Assembly: GCA_001600695.1 (NCBI GenBank)
Contig: BCKQ01000002.1
Location: 1,137,184-1,201,183, forward strand
Reading direction: 5' to 3'
Source: Ascoidea asiatica JCM 7603
Lineage: Eukaryota > Fungi > Ascomycota
Length of the DNA stretch: 64,000 nt
In this document: positions 59,142 through 64,000 of the stretch, piece by piece
Numbering within the stretch: the stretch's first letter is position 1
Layout of the letters: every line of letters begins with the position of its first letter
Program-made: the position numbers and the translations under genes
Notes under the pieces: model-generated
The model's database searches: none
The model's input: only the letters and a program-made list of their open reading frames with translations
Told to the model about the DNA's origin: nothing

Positions 59142-59848
59142 TTTTCTATCCTTTTAATTATTCTTTATCTACTATCTACTATCTACTATTTACTATTTAC
59201 TAATTGCTATTAATTATCTCTCCTTTTTTATTATTAACTATCTATCTACCTATCTATTTACTACTATATCTATTTATTATATCTATTTATTTTCTAATTG
59301 AATTCATATCTTATTTAATTTATTTACTTACCTCCTTACTTAACTTTAGCCATAATTGATACGTATTACTACTACCACTACTACTGCAATTCCACTGCTT
59401 TCTTTTTGAAGTGTCCATTCCATTTCCCTTGTTTTGGGCTTTGTCCTGGCTTGGCTTTTTCACAATTTCCTTTTTTAAACTTCTGAAGAACTCTTCAATT
59501 CAAATTTGATTCATTAAAAAAAAATAACAATTTTCCGTTGATTCCTGGTTCGAGTCACAATTCGTTCTTTTTATTATTTAATTTTCTTTATTTTTTTTTG
59601 GATTTTGAACTTTTGATTACGTAAGCTCAGATTTAATTTAATTTAATTTAATTTAATTTAATTTTAATATACGTATCAATTTAAGACTCCTTTTATTACT
59701 ATTGCTATTGTCATTATTTGTTATTATTGTTTATATCGATATAATGATTATATTCAATTTACTAATCTGATTTGATTCAATCAAAAAAGAATTGATATTC
59801 AATAATCAAATGCAAATACTATCACAAATATAACAATAATAGAAAACA

Positions 59849-62500
59849 ATGGAAATTGATAGTTTGAATATAGAATCTAATGATCATTTAGATCAATTAG
59901 ATCAAATAGAATCAATAAATGATCAAAATGATCAACAATCAATTTCAAATAATCTGATAAATAATCAATCAAATTTTGATTTACAAAATTTATTATTATC
60001 AAATAATTCTGATACTGATTTTATATTTCAATTAAATTCTTTAAATTCAAATGATTATTTAGATCAATTAACTCCAATTATTAAAGATTCTTTAAAAAAA
60101 AATAATAATTTAAATAATATAATTTCAAAATTAAATTTAAATTCAATTGATAAACAAAAAAAATTACAACAAATTTGTAAAAATTCTGAAAATGATATAA
60201 TTTCTTGTATAAATAATATAAATTCAGTAAATTTAATAAGTAATGAAATTTTTAATGAAATTTTATTAATTAATAATTTTATTAAAAAAACTGGTTTAAT
60301 ATTAACTGAAAAAAAAAAATTATATCTTAAAAATAAAAATATTTCAATAAAATTAAATCAATCAATAATTTTAATAAATTCATGTTTACAAATTTTGGAA
60401 TTAACAAATAAATGTCAAGATATGATTAATAAAAAAAAATTTTTTAATGCTTTAAAAAATTTAGATGATTTAAAAAATATTCATCTTAAAAATTCAGATA
60501 TTAAAAATTTAAATTTTTCAATAAAAATTAAAAATTCAATACCAAATTTAATAATTTTAATTAAAGAAAATTCATTTGATTTAATTAAAAAATTATTAAA
60601 TTTAATTGAAAAAAATTTTTCATTAATTGGTTCAAATTTATTTAATTATATAGATTATTTAATTTTAAATTGGAAAGAAACTGTTTTATCAAATTATACT
60701 TTAAAAAATTATTATATAAATTCATCAATTGAATTAACAATTAGAATTAATAATTCAAATTTAAAACCTTCAAATCCATTATTAATTAATAATCAAAAAA
60801 TTAATCTTGATCCAATTTATGATGCAATTTTAATTTATGAAACTTTAGATTCTCTTGATTTATTAAAAAATAATTATAATAAAGAATGGATTAAAAAAAA
60901 AGATAGATTAATTTATCCAGTTTTAAATAATAAAGATGATGAAATTTATTTCTCAAATAATGAAATTTTATCTGATTTTCTTTATAAATTAAGTGCTTTT
61001 TTTATTATTGATAAAATTATTAATGAAAATAATCAATATAAATTAAGATCTTTAAATTCAATTAATAATTCTTGGGATTCAATTGTTGATAAATTATGTC
61101 CAATATTATCAAATTATATTTCTCAAGAAAATTTTTATTTAAATATTGAAAAATTAAATGAATTTAAATTAATTATTGGAAATTTTATAAAATTAATGGA
61201 AAATTATAATTTTAATATTATTAAAATTTATAATAATATATTAATATTATTATTTGAAAAATATCAAAATAATTTATTATTAAATTTTGAAAAAGAATAT
61301 AAAACTTCTTTAGATGAAGATGATGCAATGCCAATGATTATAAATGATTTAACATTATTTAATAAAATTATTGCTGTAAGTTGGTATAAACCTGATGATG
61401 ATTCAATTTATTCAAGAAATTCTCAATCTCAAGAAAGTTTTCCAAAAGTTTTATCTTTTAGTCAAGTTTATCCAATGACTTGTGCACAAATAAGATCAGT
61501 AATTAATAAAAATTTACAATTTTTAGAATTTAGTTATTATAATTATAATTCTAAAATTATTAATGATTTATTAATTAAATTTTTAAGAGATTTAATGATT
61601 ATTGTTTTAAAACATATGAATGAAAAATTAAATTCAACTTCAAGAGAAGAAATTGCACAAAATTTAATTAATCTTGAATATTTTTTAATATCTGCAAAAG
61701 AAGTTCATATTTTAATTACAAGTACTTATCAATTAAATGTTTCAAAAGATTCAAATATTACTTCAGTTTCATTATGTGATAATTTAAGATTAATTAAAAA
61801 TTTACCAAAGAATATTGAACTTAATGATATAATTTCAAAATTTATTGAAACAAAAAAAACTGCAGAAAATAATTTATTTTCAATGGTTGATAGTAAAGTT
61901 GATGCTTTAATAGAATCTGTTGAATGGAATTTTGGTACAAATGAATCAAATAATGATGAAGTTTCAATTGATATGAATGATATTGGACAATTTTTAGAAA
62001 CTATGTTTCAAACAACATTTAGTAATATTCCAATAAAAATTAAAAATAGATTAATTGTCAGAGGTTTTTTTAGATTAAGTAATTATTTTTGGAATATACT
62101 TATTGGATCATCACAATATATAAGTGATATTGGAATTTCAAATTTTGAAATTGATTTACATTATATTGAAAATTTATTAAATGATTTAACTTTAGGTCAT
62201 AAAGATAATGATGAAAATTATAAAAATATGAAAATTCAATTTGAAAAATTAAATCAATTAATTTTACTTTTAAAAACTGCAAGTTATGATGATTATAGAA
62301 ATGGATTAAATACAAGATATTCATTAATTAAAAGAGATGTTGGATTTGATTTACTTAATAAATATAAAATTGGAAATAGATATTTAAGAGATATAATTTT
62401 TAATCCAAGTGATGTTGAAGAATCAAATTCTCCAAGAAGTCCAACTTCTTCAATGAAATTTTCAACTAAATTTTATAATAGATTCAGAAGTAGCAAATAG
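59849..62500 (+). CDS. SEC15: Exocyst subunit Sec15
   Basis: DYLDQLTPIIK, FFNALKNLDDL, EDDAMPMII, FPKVLSFSQVYPMTC, EIAQNLINLEYF, VDSKVD. Confidence 0.9.
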   Translation: MEIDSLNIESNDHLDQLDQIESINDQNDQQSISNNLINNQSNFDLQNLLLSNNSDTDFIFQLNSLNSNDYLDQLTPIIKDSLKKNNNLNNIISKLNLNSIDKQKKLQQICKNSENDIISCINNINSVNLISNEIFNEILLINNFIKKTGLILTEKKKLYLKNKNISIKLNQSIILINSCLQILELTNKCQDMINKKKFFNALKNLDDLKNIHLKNSDIKNLNFSIKIKNSIPNLIILIKENSFDLIKKLLNLIEKNFSLIGSNLFNYIDYLILNWKETVLSNYTLKNYYINSSIELTIRINNSNLKPSNPLLINNQKINLDPIYDAILIYETLDSLDLLKNNYNKEWIKKKDRLIYPVLNNKDDEIYFSNNEILSDFLYKLSAFFIIDKIINENNQYKLRSLNSINNSWDSIVDKLCPILSNYISQENFYLNIEKLNEFKLIIGNFIKLMENYNFNIIKIYNNILILLFEKYQNNLLLNFEKEYKTSLDEDDAMPMIINDLTLFNKIIAVSWYKPDDDSIYSRNSQSQESFPKVLSFSQVYPMTCAQIRSVINKNLQFLEFSYYNYNSKIINDLLIKFLRDLMIIVLKHMNEKLNSTSREEIAQNLINLEYFLISAKEVHILITSTYQLNVSKDSNITSVSLCDNLRLIKNLPKNIELNDIISKFIETKKTAENNLFSMVDSKVDALIESVEWNFGTNESNNDEVSIDMNDIGQFLETMFQTTFSNIPIKIKNRLIVRGFFRLSNYFWNILIGSSQYISDIGISNFEIDLHYIENLLNDLTLGHKDNDENYKNMKIQFEKLNQLILLLKTASYDDYRNGLNTRYSLIKRDVGFDLLNKYKIGNRYLRDIIFNPSDVEESNSPRSPTSSMKFSTKFYNRFRSSK

Positions 62501-63216
62501 TTTTCACTTAATATAAAGAAAATTAATTTCGAAATCAATTTTAATATTGTAATTTGGTAAAATATTCTATAATATCTTTAAAACTATTCAACAGTCAAAA
62601 AAATTGTCTTTTCTGAAAAAGGTATGACAGAATGCGGGAAAATGTTCAAAAGGCAGAAACTTACATATTCTGTTCTAAACCTTATTTTCCATTATAAATA
62701 TGAATTCTAAATTTTAGATTCAAATTGTTTTGAAAAGCAAAAGTTTTAATAAGGATGAAAATGAGAATAGGGGATTGAATTTTTTCAATGAGCAGCAAAT
62801 TTTACTTGAAAAGTAAGATTTAGTTTGAGTGTTTCTATTTGATGGTCTACAATGTTTTTGATTTTGTAATAAAAAATATGAAATGAGAAGAAAAGAAGCT
62901 CGAATATTGTATATAGAGATGCTTAATTTTGTGAAAAGAGATATTCAGTATATATATTACAACTTCACTTAATCCTAATTTTGTCTTACTTTTCAATTTA
63001 TTCTGATTTCTATCAATATCCATGATACGAACTTTTGACCCAGTAATGTAGATCATGTAGTGGCCAATTCTAGAAAGCAAAAACTACAATGATGAATATG
63101 AACAAGATCCTCATGATTGTTGTAATTTGTATTTTTAATTGTAGTTTGTAATTGTAACTGCAGTTGTTGATTGATTATCTCGAGCTTCACAAAGAGAAAT
63201 AAAGGTTAAAGCCAGA

Positions 63217-63224
63217 CACGTGAT
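63217..63224. promoter_or_regulatory. Cbf1-type CACGTGAT upstream of TCA17
   Basis: RTCACGTG on the minus strand, about 135 nt before the ATG. Confidence 0.5.
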
Positions 63225-63359
63225 CATATATAGCTTTATATTTGAGTGTCCTTAAAGGTGTTAAGACGAGTGTATCGCAGGAGGATTGAAAACTATTTCT
63301 GAAGAGTTCATCAAAAGAAACAGATTCAAGCTACTCTTCTTCAAAAACATTACCAGAAA

Positions 63360-64000
63360 ATGTCTAATTTTTCAGTATATTTTGTTTCCCTAATAACCAG
63401 AGACGTACGTGCTTTACTTATTTATTCCAATTTATCGTTTGTTTTCAAGAATTGTTTCTAACTCTTTTTTTTTCATAATTTATAGAATCATCCTTTGCAT
63501 ATTCAATCTTTCTCACCTTTTGAAGAACAGGAAGAAGAAAAAGAATTGAATGTAAAGACAGAATTGGAAAAAACTGAAAAAATAGAAAAAGAACCAATAA
63601 TTTCTGAAATAATACAAAAACCAGAATCTAATGAAAAAGTGGATAATAAGGAAGTTGTGGAAAAAAAACCTGACATAAAGACTGACAGTATAAAAGAAAA
63701 TGATCAAGAAAAGGACAATGAAATAGATAAGGAAAAAGTTATAGAAAATGAGAAAGATATAGTAAAGGAAAACGTAGAAAACGTAGAAAACGTGGAAAAA
63801 GAAGAAAAAGAAGAAAAAGAAGAAAAAGAAGAAAAAGAAGAATATGATGAAGATTCAATGTTTGATAAAAGTATAACGGATTTGGTTTTTGTTCAAGGAA
63901 GTAAAGCTAATGAATTTTTAAAATATAATTTTTTATCAAATATGGCACTTGATGTATTTTTATCAACTTTTTATGAACCACCAACAAATGATCAAGTTTC
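63360..64000 (+). CDS. TCA17: TRAPP sedlin-like subunit (TRAPPC2L), partial, join(63360-63404, 63486->64000); missing from the ORF track
   Basis: MSNFSVYFVSLITRD|NHPLHI ... NEFLKYNFLSNMALDVF resembles Tca17 (CFVSLIDESDKPILI ... DVLKYNVLSNISLDYF); intron GTACGT 63405 / TTCTAAC 63456 / TAG 63485. Confidence 0.82.

Noticed and set aside
59530-59575. tRNA gene
   Set aside because: Only the B-box is present; there is no T-stem, acceptor stem or A-box

Overview
Very AT-rich budding-yeast (Saccharomycotina) chromosomal segment; the style suggests an Ascoidea-like lineage, but that is a guess. It holds about 23 protein-coding genes: NECAP-like, VPS5, FAD2, epsin, ILV1, SSL1, ERP2-like p24, SHE1, RPS8, PXL1, a Cys/His orphan, molybdenum-cofactor sulfurase, a secreted orphan, a 795-aa orphan, PRP16, YNG1, ALG8, an RRM protein, ESS1, APE2, RHO1, SEC15 and the 5' part of TCA17. 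Six spliceosomal introns are not modelled by the ORF track (RPS8 5'UTR, RRM x2, ESS1, APE2, TCA17), and they change several gene models. Many proteins are greatly expanded by Asn-rich or Glu/Lys-rich microsatellite insertions. Main leads: (1) a She1 ortholog carrying a motif that closely matches metazoan NuSAP; (2) a stop-free 3n intron whose retention would add a hydrophobic tail to an RRM protein; (3) a 4.8-kb ORF-free gap with perfect palindromes and an 86-bp satellite, flanked by orphans including a killer-toxin-like preproprotein; (4) a retained Moco sulfurase; (5) three stacked ATGs in three frames at YNG1; (6) long AUG-free leaders. No tRNA, rRNA, intact transposon or CRISPR was seen. 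All homology calls are from recalled family motifs, not database searches.
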